A stretch of DNA of 64,000 nt from Bacillota bacterium (GCA_030537155.1 JAUNOH010000007.1:8785-72784), one strand, 5' to 3'. Shown: positions 1 through 13,046, counted from the first letter of the stretch. Numbers and translations are program-made. Notes: generated from the letters alone by a model not told the origin.

Positions 1-1
1 C

Positions 2-442
2 CCGATCGGTTATGTCAAAGAGCAGGGCATGGAATATCAGTGCACCTCTGAAATCGCCCAACCCTACCTCAACGAAGTTGAGAACTGCATCGCCTTGGGA
101 ACCCTCAAGCACGTCAACCACAACACCGACAACACCGACACCATGTTGGATATCGTTCCCGCCACCTTGGCCTACAACCAGACTGAGTCCTCAGTCGTTG
201 ATGCCATGACCGAAATGAGCGTCGTCTTCGGTGTCGAGTCCTCCTCCGCCTACAACATCTGGAGGACCATCGTCGTCGAAGGTTGGGATTCCTCTACCGT
301 CTCCTCCTTCACCACCAACTCCTACAACCTCTCGGAGAGCAACTACGTCAACTGCGTCACCAGCACTCTGCAGGTTGGCTCCTTGGTCAAGTATGCCAAC
401 GATGCCTATGCTCGCATGGGCATGAACCCCAGCCATCAGTAA
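2..442 (+). CDS. 3' end of a gene entering from the left window edge; unknown function, S/T/N-rich, possibly exported or solute-binding
   Basis: Frame is open from base 2 to TAA 440-442 (the ORF track shows only the part from the internal Met at 29). Codon usage resembles the neighbours. I see no nameable motif. Confidence 0.4.
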   Translation, partial: PIGYVKEQGMEYQCTSEIAQPYLNEVENCIALGTLKHVNHNTDNTDTMLDIVPATLAYNQTESSVVDAMTEMSVVFGVESSSAYNIWRTIVVEGWDSSTVSSFTTNSYNLSESNYVNCVTSTLQVGSLVKYANDAYARMGMNPSHQ

Positions 443-468
443 TTCCTAATCAATTAGGTTCTGACATT

Positions 469-495
469 CCTCAGGGCGGCAACCCCGCCCTGAGG
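469..495 (+). terminator. GC-rich hairpin; either a terminator or an attenuator/processing stem, since the U-tract is weak
   Basis: 11-bp perfect stem CCTCAGGGCGG / CCGCCCTGAGG with loop CAACC, followed by CCTCCTTTGG. Confidence 0.4.
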
Positions 496-517
496 CCTCC
501 TTTGGAGAAATAAACAA

Positions 518-1069
518 ATGAATAAACTCTGCGAATTCTTCAAAAAATATGACGGGATCATCGGGACCGTCGTCTTTGCCCTGCTGGCCGTATACGGCCT
601 TTGCATGGCTACTCCGGCGGCTAACTGCCTCTATTATCAGGACACCCTCGATTTCTACGATCAGATCATGCCCGGAAACGACTTGATCATTTACCTTTCC
701 ATCTTTGGAATCGTGTGGTCGGTCATCTACACGACTCTGCGCAACCAAATCCGCAAAGTTTATTACATTTCCAATTTCGTCTGGCACGGCGTCTATGCCG
801 TCTTCGCCATCGTGGCCGGTATACTTGCCTTAACGGCCATCGTCAACTATCAGACTTTATATCTTCAGCTGCCCTTCGATGCCATGAACGAATATTGGTC
901 CAGCCACGATTCGTCTTATACCATTTCCGCCGGCACCCCGGTCTTCGCTTTGGGCTACGTCCTCTGTGTCGTGATCATCCTCAGCGCCGTGCCGGTCGCC
1001 TTCGTCGCCATCTATCAGGCCATCAAGCGTTTTAAGAAGCAGCCCACCGAGGCGGAAGTTAAGGAATAG
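518..1069 (+). CDS. small polytopic membrane protein (about 4 TM), unknown family
   Basis: ATG preceded by GGAGA. Four long hydrophobic segments. Tightly packed with the next genes. Confidence 0.65.
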   Translation: MNKLCEFFKKYDGIIGTVVFALLAVYGLCMATPAANCLYYQDTLDFYDQIMPGNDLIIYLSIFGIVWSVIYTTLRNQIRKVYYISNFVWHGVYAVFAIVAGILALTAIVNYQTLYLQLPFDAMNEYWSSHDSSYTISAGTPVFALGYVLCVVIILSAVPVAFVAIYQAIKRFKKQPTEAEVKE

Positions 1070-1080
1070 TAGGGGGATTT

Positions 1081-1695
1081 ATGAAAAACGAGAACAATCA
1101 AGCAACCAAAACCCCCAAGAAGATCAAGTCTCCTTTCGTGAGGCTCATCTTCTCCAAGGCCCTCAAGCAGACCGAGGAGGAGCGCAACATCCAAATCGAC
1201 ATGCTCCGTTATCGGAACAACAGCTTCTCCACCAGCTTAGGCTACATCGCCTTGCTCGCTCAGATCGTGGCCTTCTGCTTCATCTATAGCTGCATCGGCG
1301 TCTCCATGGACCACAACGTCACCCTGTTTGGCATCAACCATTCGGGCCTTTGGTGTGGCATTGACATCTTCGTCAACATCGCCATGCTTCTATTCCTCTT
1401 CCTCGCCATCTCGAGGATGAAGGTTTATGACAAGACCTGGGGTATCGTCAGCATCTGCCTCGGTGTCTTGCAAATCATCAGGCTCTTCCTTTACCCGTTT
1501 GCCTTATACACCGCCGTTCCTACCGCCGCGACCGAGACCACCGTGGTCATGCCCGGCTGGATCTTCTCCATCCAGGTTGTCTGCTACATCCTTTGCGGCG
1601 TCCTGCTGATCGCCTCTGGCGTCGTCACGGTCATCCTCTCGAAGATCCTCAATGACTATCTAACCTCAATCAAAGCTTCGGAGGTCAAAAAATAA
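1081..1695 (+). CDS. small polytopic membrane protein (about 4 TM) with a basic N-terminus, unknown family
   Basis: GGGGGA precedes the ATG. Hydrophobic segments are present. The stop overlaps the ATG of the ABC ATPase by 1 nt. Confidence 0.65.
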   Translation: MKNENNQATKTPKKIKSPFVRLIFSKALKQTEEERNIQIDMLRYRNNSFSTSLGYIALLAQIVAFCFIYSCIGVSMDHNVTLFGINHSGLWCGIDIFVNIAMLLFLFLAISRMKVYDKTWGIVSICLGVLQIIRLFLYPFALYTAVPTAATETTVVMPGWIFSIQVVCYILCGVLLIASGVVTVILSKILNDYLTSIKASEVKK

Positions 1696-2786
1696 TGGCA
1701 ACCATATCTCTAAAGCATTTGCGCAAAGTCTACGAATCCGGCAACTGCGCCGTCGAGGACTTTAACATCGAAGTCGCCGATGGCGAGTTCATCGTTTTAG
1801 TTGGCCCCTCGGGCTGTGGCAAATCCACGACCCTCCGCATGGTCGCCGGCCTCGAATCCATCACCGATGGCGAATTCTGGATCGGCGATAAAGACGTCAC
1901 CAGGGTGGCCGCCAAAGACCGCGACATCGCCATGGTCTTCCAAAACTATGCTCTTTACGGCAACATGTCGATCTATCAGAACATGGGTTTCTCCCTGATG
2001 CTCAGGAAAGAAGACCCCGAAGTCATCCACAAAAAGGTCATGCCGGCCGCCAAGATGCTCGGCCTCGAGGATCAGCTGAACAAAAAGCCCCGCGAGCTAA
2101 GCGGTGGTCAGAGGCAGCGCGTCGCCATGGGTCGCGCCATCGTCAGGACCCCGAAGGTCTTCCTTTTCGATGAGCCGTTATCCAATTTGGACGCCAAACT
2201 CCGTTCGGCCATGCGCCGCGAAATCAAATTGCTCCACCATAGGTTGGGCACCACCATGGTCTACGTCACCCACGACCAGACCGAGGCCTTGACCCTGGCC
2301 GATAGGATCGTCGTCATGTCGATGGGCCGCGTCCAGCAGATCGGAACCCCCTACGAAATCTATAACAACCCCGCCAACATCTTCGTCGGCAACTTCATCG
2401 GCAACCCGCCCATGAATTTCTTCGAGGGCGTCATTAAGGGTGATAAGTTCGTCAACCCGCATTTTGAAGTCAAACTCAACGAGGAAAACCAAAAACTCGT
2501 CGCCGCTTACAAAGACAGCGGTAAGAAGATCGTCTTCGGTCTGAGGCCGGAAAACTTCGTCAAGGGCAAGGAACTTACCTTCAATGTCGAATTGACTGAG
2601 CATTTGGGCCAAAACTCTTTGGTCCATGGCGATATCAACGGCGCCAAATGCATCCTCAAGCTCGCCGGCTGGCAGAGGCTCGATAAGGGAGACGTCGTCT
2701 CCATCGGCGTCCGCCAGGAGAAGATCCGCTTCTACGACGGCGAAACCGGCGACCTCGTCAAACTAGATAATGGAGAGGAGAAATAA
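1695..2786 (+). CDS. sugar-type ABC transporter ATP-binding protein (MalK/MsmK/UgpC family)
   Basis: Walker A GPSGCGKST, signature LSGGQRQRV, Walker B FLFDEPLSNLD, H-loop VTHDQ, plus a roughly 120-aa C-terminal regulatory-type extension. Confidence 0.9.
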   Translation: MATISLKHLRKVYESGNCAVEDFNIEVADGEFIVLVGPSGCGKSTTLRMVAGLESITDGEFWIGDKDVTRVAAKDRDIAMVFQNYALYGNMSIYQNMGFSLMLRKEDPEVIHKKVMPAAKMLGLEDQLNKKPRELSGGQRQRVAMGRAIVRTPKVFLFDEPLSNLDAKLRSAMRREIKLLHHRLGTTMVYVTHDQTEALTLADRIVVMSMGRVQQIGTPYEIYNNPANIFVGNFIGNPPMNFFEGVIKGDKFVNPHFEVKLNEENQKLVAAYKDSGKKIVFGLRPENFVKGKELTFNVELTEHLGQNSLVHGDINGAKCILKLAGWQRLDKGDVVSIGVRQEKIRFYDGETGDLVKLDNGEEK

Positions 2787-2787
2787 A

Positions 2788-3414
2788 ATGGCAGAAGATA
2801 ACAAAAACCTCTTGCTCGACGAAGACAGCGAAATCGTCGACGAAGAAGCCCTCCATAGCAAGCCGACCGACGATGAGGCCAGTCTTTCCGACGCCTTAAA
2901 CACCAACGGCTTCAAACTCTTCTTCTTCCGTAACTTCATCAAATTGAAGAACCACCTTACGATTTTGCCGATGATCGTCGTCGTTTTGGCCATGGTCATC
3001 TTCACCTGCACCCTCATCTACCACGATGCGGCCGTCAACAAATTGATCTACGACGACTTCAACGCCTTCCTTCTCTTCGTTAACGTCTTGGCCTCCATCA
3101 TGTTGATCCTCATCTACATGCAGGCCACCAGCCGTAAGAGCAGCCAGAAAAAGAGGATTTTCATGCACGTCCTCTTTTATGCGGTCGTCGCCCTGGAGCT
3201 TTGGATCGATTTCCGTTACATCCATTACTTCGACGTCCAGACCTCCTTGGTCAATAACATCATCCAGATCACCGAGGATAGCTCCTATTCGTTGGCTAAC
3301 TCCCGCTTCTACACCTTATTCCATGCCATCTTGCTGATCGTGGCTACCGTCTTGAGCATCTTGGCCCCGATTCTTCAGCCCTTCACCAAGAAGATCCACA
3401 TCAAAGTTAAGTGA
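2788..3414 (+). CDS. small polytopic membrane protein with an acidic N-terminus, unknown family
   Basis: I prefer ATG 2788, just after the ATPase stop and behind GGAGAGGAG, over the track start 2770. About 4 hydrophobic segments. Confidence 0.6.
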   Translation: MAEDNKNLLLDEDSEIVDEEALHSKPTDDEASLSDALNTNGFKLFFFRNFIKLKNHLTILPMIVVVLAMVIFTCTLIYHDAAVNKLIYDDFNAFLLFVNVLASIMLILIYMQATSRKSSQKKRIFMHVLFYAVVALELWIDFRYIHYFDVQTSLVNNIIQITEDSSYSLANSRFYTLFHAILLIVATVLSILAPILQPFTKKIHIKVK

Positions 3415-3422
3415 GGTCTTCC

Positions 3423-3992
3423 ATGGGCAAGAAGAAGAACAAAGAAGCCCAGAAGGCTCCAAAAGAAGAATCGCCCTACAAGGTTTCCTGGTTAGATAGG
3501 ATTCCCTACTGGATAAAAGCCCTCTTCATAAAGTGGTGGTTTTTCGGAGTCATCTATTTCTTCTTCGTCATGGGCTTATCGGCCCTGATAGGCAACGAAG
3601 CCTTCACCGCCTATGTCCAAATACTCGTCATCGGCTTGGCCTTCGGCGCTCTCACCGATTTGATGACCAATAACATCCTGGAGGCCCTCGATTCCAACAA
3701 GAGGGAGTCCCGTTACTGGGCGATGTGGGCCGGTCATAAGTACTACATTTTTTTAGTAAATATCGCCTATGGATTGGCCTTGGGCGTCGCCACCTCGTTG
3801 ATTTGCGCCCAATTAACGCTTTTGATCGATAATGCGACCGGAAGCGTCAACTACTGGTTCCGCGAGCCCTGCACCTTCGCCTTGGTGGCCTTGGCCATCG
3901 ATATGGCCTGCATCGGACTCAAGGACCTCATCGTCTATTTGATCGTTGGGCGCAAGGCGCCCGCAGAAAAAGAAGGGGGATTGATCGAATGA
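3423..3992 (+). CDS. small polytopic membrane protein with a basic N-terminus, unknown family
   Basis: The track start 3411 is GTG; the first ATG is 3423. W/F-rich hydrophobic segments. The stop overlaps the GH28 start (ATGA). Confidence 0.6.
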   Translation: MGKKKNKEAQKAPKEESPYKVSWLDRIPYWIKALFIKWWFFGVIYFFFVMGLSALIGNEAFTAYVQILVIGLAFGALTDLMTNNILEALDSNKRESRYWAMWAGHKYYIFLVNIAYGLALGVATSLICAQLTLLIDNATGSVNYWFREPCTFALVALAIDMACIGLKDLIVYLIVGRKAPAEKEGGLIE

Positions 3993-5521
3993 AAGTCAAA
4001 TTGCTATTCGCCTCAGCCGTCTCGGCCTGCTTCGAGCTGGAAAATGAGACCATCTATTACGCCGAAAAGGAATTCGACGTGTATTTGGATGGCAAGCTCG
4101 CCATCAAAGGTGAGAAGAGAAACGTCTTCTCTATCTTCAATCTGGAACCCGGCAGAAGCTACGTTTTGAAAGTGGGGGACTTTGAGCTCCCGTTTAAGAC
4201 GGAAGACGTCTCGCTTACCCTCCACATGAAGGATTTCAAGCGGGGCAGCTATCCCAACGATGACAACAGGATCGCGGCCGCCATCGCCACCTTGCCTCCC
4301 AAGGGCCTATTGGTCTTCGACGAGGGCGAATACCACGCGACCAACATCTTCCTAAAATCCGAGATCACCATCGAGCTGAAAAAAGGCGCGACGATCTATG
4401 GCAACCCCAATGTCGAAGACTACACCGTATATCCTGGCGAAGTCGATGACGGGAAGGGTGGCAAGAAACAGCTATTGACCTGGGAGGGAGGCCCCCTGCA
4501 GGGGAAACCGTCCCTCATCCATGGCTGCTATGCCCATCATGTCCGTTTGGTCGGCGAAGGCAAAATCGACGCCATGGCCGACAAGTCGGTGTTCTGGATC
4601 AACGTAAAGAAGTTGGGCTATGCCCGTCCGAGGACCATCTACTTACTTGAGTGCGAGGATGTCCGCCTCCACGGCGTGGACGTCGGTAACTCTCCCTCCT
4701 GGACCATCCATCCCTATTTCAGCAAGCATCTTGGCTTCTATGATTTGAAGATCCATAACCCCAAGGACGCGCCGAACACCGATGGGCTGGATCCGGAATG
4801 CTGCGAGGACGTCGAGATCATCGGCACCTACTTCTCGGTTGGTGACGACTGTATCGCCATCAAATCCGGCAAGATCTACATCGGAAAGACCTACAAGACG
4901 CCTTCCCGCCACATAACCATCAGAAACTGCTATATGCATGAGGGGCACGGGGCCGTTGTCCTCGGCTCCGAAATCGGGGCCGGTTTAGTCGATTTAAAAG
5001 TCGAAAGGTGCTTCTTCGAGCACACCGATCGCGGCCTCCGCATCAAATCGCGTCGCGGACGCGGCAAGGATTCGGTGCTGGACGGCATCGTCTTCAAAAA
5101 CATCAAGATGCAGAACGTCCTCTCGCCCCTGACGATGACGATGTTCTACTTCTGCGACCCCGATGGGAAGGATGAATGGGTGCAAAAGAAGACCCCCTCG
5201 CCCATCGATGACGGCACGCCGTATCTGGGTAGTTTCCTCTTTGAGAATCTCGAATGCCGGGATTGCGAATATGCCTTGGGTGTCTTCTATGGTTTGCCCG
5301 AGAGGCCGATTGGGAAAATCGTCATCAAAGACTCAACCTTCACGGTTAAAGAAAACGCCGGAAGCGGGCATCCAGTCATGATGTGCGACTTCCCCGAATG
5401 CGGCCAGCGCGGATTCATCTTCGTCAACGTCGGCGAGGTGGAATTGGAAAATGTTGAAGCCAGTGGCTTTAAGGGGGAGGAATTCGACTTAACTAACGTC
5501 GGGAGCCTTAAAAGAAAATGA
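3989..5521 (+). CDS. glycoside hydrolase family 28 (exo-polygalacturonase-like); no obvious signal peptide
   Basis: GH28 signature blocks NTDGLDP, GDDCIAIKSG, GHGAVVLGSE and RGLRIKS. Confidence 0.85.
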   Translation: MKVKLLFASAVSACFELENETIYYAEKEFDVYLDGKLAIKGEKRNVFSIFNLEPGRSYVLKVGDFELPFKTEDVSLTLHMKDFKRGSYPNDDNRIAAAIATLPPKGLLVFDEGEYHATNIFLKSEITIELKKGATIYGNPNVEDYTVYPGEVDDGKGGKKQLLTWEGGPLQGKPSLIHGCYAHHVRLVGEGKIDAMADKSVFWINVKKLGYARPRTIYLLECEDVRLHGVDVGNSPSWTIHPYFSKHLGFYDLKIHNPKDAPNTDGLDPECCEDVEIIGTYFSVGDDCIAIKSGKIYIGKTYKTPSRHITIRNCYMHEGHGAVVLGSEIGAGLVDLKVERCFFEHTDRGLRIKSRRGRGKDSVLDGIVFKNIKMQNVLSPLTMTMFYFCDPDGKDEWVQKKTPSPIDDGTPYLGSFLFENLECRDCEYALGVFYGLPERPIGKIVIKDSTFTVKENAGSGHPVMMCDFPECGQRGFIFVNVGEVELENVEASGFKGEEFDLTNVGSLKRK

Positions 5522-6075
5522 GAGCCGTCATCTACCTCCAATCAAGCGCCCCCCTGGGACCTTTGTTTGGAAAGATCATGAGCCGCCTCTTCCCCGAGGG
5601 CGTCGAGCTCGACGAAAAGGATAATGGCATCTACCGCCTCTCCCTGGAAAAGGGGATTGAGGATCTGAGCAAATTCCTGGCCAGCTACAAAGCCTTGGCC
5701 GAGGATGCCCCCGGTGGATTAAGGGCCATCGTCTCCCCGAGCGAGAAATTGGATTTATCCCCGTTACTTGGCGAAGTGGGGGATGGCGACATCGCCTACC
5801 TCTATGAGCTGGAGGATAACCCCCTGGTCGAAGAGATGGTCGGGAATAGCCTGGCCGGATTCGACATGGAGATACTCCAAAGCGTCAAGATCTACCTCGA
5901 GGCCGGGAGGAGCCCCGCCTTAGCCGGGCTTAGGTTATACGTCCACCGGAACACGGTGGTTTACAGGATTAGTCAGTTCATCCGGAAAACCGGATACGAC
6001 TTATCCAGATTCGATACCGGGATATTGCTTCTATCCATAATAAAGAAGCTAGATAAAAAGAAAGAAGACTATTGA
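5518..6075 (+). CDS. small PucR/CdaR-type C-terminal HTH protein
   Basis: C-terminal LRLYVHRNTVVYRISQFIRKTGYDL resembles the PucR-type HTH. Start overlaps the GH28 stop by 4 nt. Confidence 0.55.
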   Translation: MRAVIYLQSSAPLGPLFGKIMSRLFPEGVELDEKDNGIYRLSLEKGIEDLSKFLASYKALAEDAPGGLRAIVSPSEKLDLSPLLGEVGDGDIAYLYELEDNPLVEEMVGNSLAGFDMEILQSVKIYLEAGRSPALAGLRLYVHRNTVVYRISQFIRKTGYDLSRFDTGILLLSIIKKLDKKKEDY

Positions 6076-6091
6076 AAGGAGCGAAAAGCAA

Positions 6092-6697
6092 ATGTACGAA
6101 GAATTATTCGCCAAACACAAAGTCGTGCCGGTGGTCGTCATCGAGAAGATTGAGGATGCCATCCCGACCCTGAAGGCCATGTTGGATGGCGGGGTCAGCG
6201 TCGCCGAGGTCACCTTCAGGACCGAGTGCGCGGAAGAGGCAATCAGGAGGGGCTGCAAGGAATTCCCCGAAATGGATATCGGCGCCGGAACCGTCATCAA
6301 CGGCGAGCAGTGCGAAAGGGCCATCAAGGCCGGGGCCAAATTCATCGTCGGCCCGGGCACCTCGGATGAGGTCATGGCCGTCTGCAAGAAGCACAACATC
6401 CCCTATCTCCCGGGCTGCATCACCCCGACCGAGATCATGCATGCCTTAGCCAACGGCTATGACATCATCAAGTTCTTCCCGGCCGGCAATTACGGCGGAC
6501 TGAAGACCATGAAGGCCCTCTCGGGACCCTTCCCCCAGGTCAAATTCCTCCCCACCGGAGGCATCAGCCTTGAGAACCTCAGGGAATATCTTGATTGGAA
6601 CAAAATCGTCGCCTGTGGCGGAAGCTGGATGATGAAGGGCGACATCAAGGCCAACTGCGAAGAAGTGGCCAAAATCGAAAAGGAGTACATCAAATAA
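6092..6697 (+). CDS. eda: 2-dehydro-3-deoxyphosphogluconate (KDPG)/KHG aldolase
   Basis: 201 aa. Family blocks VAEVTFRT, GAGTV, IIKFFPAG and PTGGI. Confidence 0.85.
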   Translation: MYEELFAKHKVVPVVVIEKIEDAIPTLKAMLDGGVSVAEVTFRTECAEEAIRRGCKEFPEMDIGAGTVINGEQCERAIKAGAKFIVGPGTSDEVMAVCKKHNIPYLPGCITPTEIMHALANGYDIIKFFPAGNYGGLKTMKALSGPFPQVKFLPTGGISLENLREYLDWNKIVACGGSWMMKGDIKANCEEVAKIEKEYIK

Positions 6698-7713
6698 TGA
6701 AATACGCGACTTTAGGTGAAATCATGCTGAGGCTCTCGACGCCCGGCTATCAGAGGTTCGTCCAGGCCAAGAGCTTCGACGTCAACTACGGCGGCGGCGA
6801 GGCCAACGTGGCCATCTCCCTCGCCAACTTCGGCGAGGATGCCTGCTTCATCTCCAAAATCCCCAACAACGAGATCGGCGATTCCGCGATCAACTCCCTC
6901 AGGGAATTCGGCGTCGACACCAAAGGCATCGTCAGGGGTGGGGACCGCTTAGGCATCTACTACCTCGAGACCGGCGACTCCGTCCGCCCCTCCAAGGTCG
7001 TCTATGACCGCGCGAATAGCTCCATCGCCACCGCCAAGGCCGGCGAATTCAAATTCAGGAAGCTATTCAAGGACGTCGACTGGCTCCACGTCACCGGCAT
7101 CACCCCGGCCTTAGGCAAGAATGCCCAGAAGATCACCCAGAAGGCCTTAAAGACCGCCCATGAGATGGGCGTCACCATCTCCTTCGACCTCAACTTCCGC
7201 GCCAAACTATGGACCAAGAAGCAGGCCCAGGAGTGCATGATCCCCTTAATGGAATACGTCGACTACGTCATCGGCAACGAAGAAGACGCCGAGGCCTGCC
7301 TTGGCTTCGTCTCGGGCAGTGACGTCAACTCCGGCAAGATCGACGCCGACGGCTATGCCCCGATGCTCAAGGAGATGTGCGAGAAGTTCCACCTCAAGGG
7401 TGCCGCCAGCTCCCTCCGCGAATCCCATTCGGCCAACGACAACGGCTGGTCGGGTGTCTTATGGACCAACGGCAAGTTCTATAAATCGGCCCATTATGAG
7501 CTTCGCATCGTCGACCGCGTCGGCGGCGGCGACTCCTTCGCGGCTGGCTTGATCTATGGTTTAAGCCACTACGAGGATCCGGAGAAGGCCATAAACTTTG
7601 CAGTTGCGAACTCCGCCTTGAAGCACACCATCCCCGGCGACTACAATCACGCTACCCTCAAGGAAGTCGAGTCGCTAATGGCCGGCAACACCAACGGCCG
7701 CGTCCAGCGCTAA
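6697..7713 (+). CDS. kdgK: 2-dehydro-3-deoxygluconokinase (PfkB family)
   Basis: I use the internal ATG at 6697 (TAATG overlap with the eda stop) rather than track start 6595. Motifs GGGEANVA near the N-terminus and DRVGGGDSFAAG near the C-terminus. Confidence 0.85.
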   Translation: MKYATLGEIMLRLSTPGYQRFVQAKSFDVNYGGGEANVAISLANFGEDACFISKIPNNEIGDSAINSLREFGVDTKGIVRGGDRLGIYYLETGDSVRPSKVVYDRANSSIATAKAGEFKFRKLFKDVDWLHVTGITPALGKNAQKITQKALKTAHEMGVTISFDLNFRAKLWTKKQAQECMIPLMEYVDYVIGNEEDAEACLGFVSGSDVNSGKIDADGYAPMLKEMCEKFHLKGAASSLRESHSANDNGWSGVLWTNGKFYKSAHYELRIVDRVGGGDSFAAGLIYGLSHYEDPEKAINFAVANSALKHTIPGDYNHATLKEVESLMAGNTNGRVQR

Positions 7714-7733
7714 TCCCCTAAGAAAGAGAGATA

Positions 7734-8408
7734 ATGACCAAAGACGTCGAAACCATCTACGAAAAACTCCGTTCCGAGATCATCGAGCTGAAAATCGCTC
7801 CCGGTGATCGGCTGAAGGAAGAGGCGGTTTCGGCGCGCTTTGGCTTATCGAGGACCCCGATCAGGGACGTCCTCAAACGCCTGGAGTTCGATGGGTTATT
7901 GACGGTGCGGCCCCAATCGGGATCCTACGTCACCAAAATCGACCTGAGCGATATATCCGACACCATCTACATCCGGGCCGCCGTCGAATACTCGGTCCTC
8001 CAAACCCTCATGGGCGTCGTCAACCCCTGCGATTTGGCTGAGGTTATGCTGCTTCTATCCAAGCAGCGCGAAACCCTCAGTCAGCAGTCGGAGACCGGTG
8101 AGGATTTCACCGACTATTACTTCCGGGCCGACAACGCCTTCCACACCCTCCTCTTCAAAAAGGCGGGCAAGGAACACGTCTTGGAGAGGCTGAATTCGGA
8201 AAACCCCGTCTTCCAGCGTTATAGGTATCTGACCTTCCTACGCGGGAACGAGGAGATCGAAGGCCTATACCGGATCCACACCAAAATCGTCCGGGCCCTC
8301 GAGCTTAAGGACGACGACAACCTCAGGGCCGTGGTCAACGAGCATAACTTCGCCGGCTTAAACGGCATCAAATCCGTCCAGGAGAGACACCCGGATTGGT
8401 TCATCTAA
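7734..8408 (+). CDS. GntR-family transcriptional regulator (FadR/FCD-type C-terminus)
   Basis: N-terminal winged HTH LSRTPIRDVLKRLEFDGLL and a helical C-terminal domain. Located inside the hexuronate operon. Confidence 0.8.
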   Translation: MTKDVETIYEKLRSEIIELKIAPGDRLKEEAVSARFGLSRTPIRDVLKRLEFDGLLTVRPQSGSYVTKIDLSDISDTIYIRAAVEYSVLQTLMGVVNPCDLAEVMLLLSKQRETLSQQSETGEDFTDYYFRADNAFHTLLFKKAGKEHVLERLNSENPVFQRYRYLTFLRGNEEIEGLYRIHTKIVRALELKDDDNLRAVVNEHNFAGLNGIKSVQERHPDWFI

Positions 8409-8423
8409 AGAAAGGGAAAACAT

Positions 8424-9260
8424 ATGATCTTGGAAAATAGAGACTATACCGCCGCCAGGGATTATAAGACCTACGACACCGAGAGGCTCCGCGAGGAGTA
8501 CCTGATCAAGGACATCTTCGTCGAGGATGAGATCCACATCGTCTATTGCTACGTCGATAGGATCATCGCCGGCGGGGTCTATCCCGTCCATAAGGAAGTC
8601 GTGCTCTCCTCGGTCCCCGAACTAAGGGCCGCCCACTTCCTCGACCGCCGCGAGATGGGCGTCATCAACATCGCCGGCGACGGCTATATCAAAGTCGACG
8701 GCAAGAAGTACCCGCTCAATCACTTCGACTGCCTCTATCTCGGCCGCGAGAATGAGGAGATCATCTTCGGCTCCAACGACCCGAAGAACCCGGCCAAATT
8801 CTGGCTTTGCTCCTCGCCCGCCCACAGGAAGACCGAGAACAGGCTCATCTCTTTACCCGATGCGGTCCACCTGCATTTAGGCAGCAAAGAGGAGTGCAAT
8901 GAGCGCACCATCAACAAGTACATCATCGTGCCGAAGGTCGATTCCTGCCAGCTCTCGATGGGCTTGACCCACCTCGAACCCGGCTCGGTCTGGAACACCA
9001 TGCCCTGCCACACCCACGCCCGGAGGATGGAGGTCTACTTCTACTTCGACATGGAGGAGAATCAGGCCATCTTCCACTTCATGGGACCCAAAGAGGAAAC
9101 CCGCCACATCATGATCCATAACGAAGAGGCCGTCATCTCGCCCTCTTGGTCGATCCACGCCGGCTGCTCCACGAAGAATTACACCTTCATCTGGGGCATG
9201 TGCGGGGAGAACCAGGATTACGACGATATGGACAATATCGACGTCAAGGATCTGCTCTAA
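8424..9260 (+). CDS. kduI: 5-dehydro-4-deoxy-D-glucuronate isomerase
   Basis: 278 aa. The N-terminal region DRIIAGGVYP and the cupin His cluster MPCHTHARRMEVYFYF resemble KduI. Confidence 0.85.
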   Translation: MILENRDYTAARDYKTYDTERLREEYLIKDIFVEDEIHIVYCYVDRIIAGGVYPVHKEVVLSSVPELRAAHFLDRREMGVINIAGDGYIKVDGKKYPLNHFDCLYLGRENEEIIFGSNDPKNPAKFWLCSSPAHRKTENRLISLPDAVHLHLGSKEECNERTINKYIIVPKVDSCQLSMGLTHLEPGSVWNTMPCHTHARRMEVYFYFDMEENQAIFHFMGPKEETRHIMIHNEEAVISPSWSIHAGCSTKNYTFIWGMCGENQDYDDMDNIDVKDLL

Positions 9261-9278
9261 TAACCACTCGAATTCATT

Positions 9279-9299
9279 AAGGGGCGTTTGCCCCTTTTT
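9279..9299 (+). terminator. intrinsic terminator after kduI
   Basis: Stem AAGGGGC / GCCCCTT, loop GTTT, then TTTG. Confidence 0.7.
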
Positions 9300-9325
9300 G
9301 ATTTCCCTCAATTTTCCTAAACTAA

Positions 9326-12959
<3,634 letters not shown>

Positions 12960-12963
<4 letters not shown>

Positions 12964-12973
12964 TTTTAATCAA
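12960..12973. promoter_or_regulatory. perfect FNR/Crp-family palindrome TTGAT-N4-ATCAA upstream of pflA
   Basis: The sequence TTGATTTTAATCAA overlaps the regulator stop codon. An A/T-rich candidate -10 (TTAAAT, 12996-13001) would put the box centre near -41.5. Confidence 0.6.
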
Positions 12974-13046
12974 AGTTTTCTATATTTATATAGGCTTAAA
13001 TGAAGGACCGCTTAGGACAGCGTCCTCTGACTAAGCGGATGCGACT

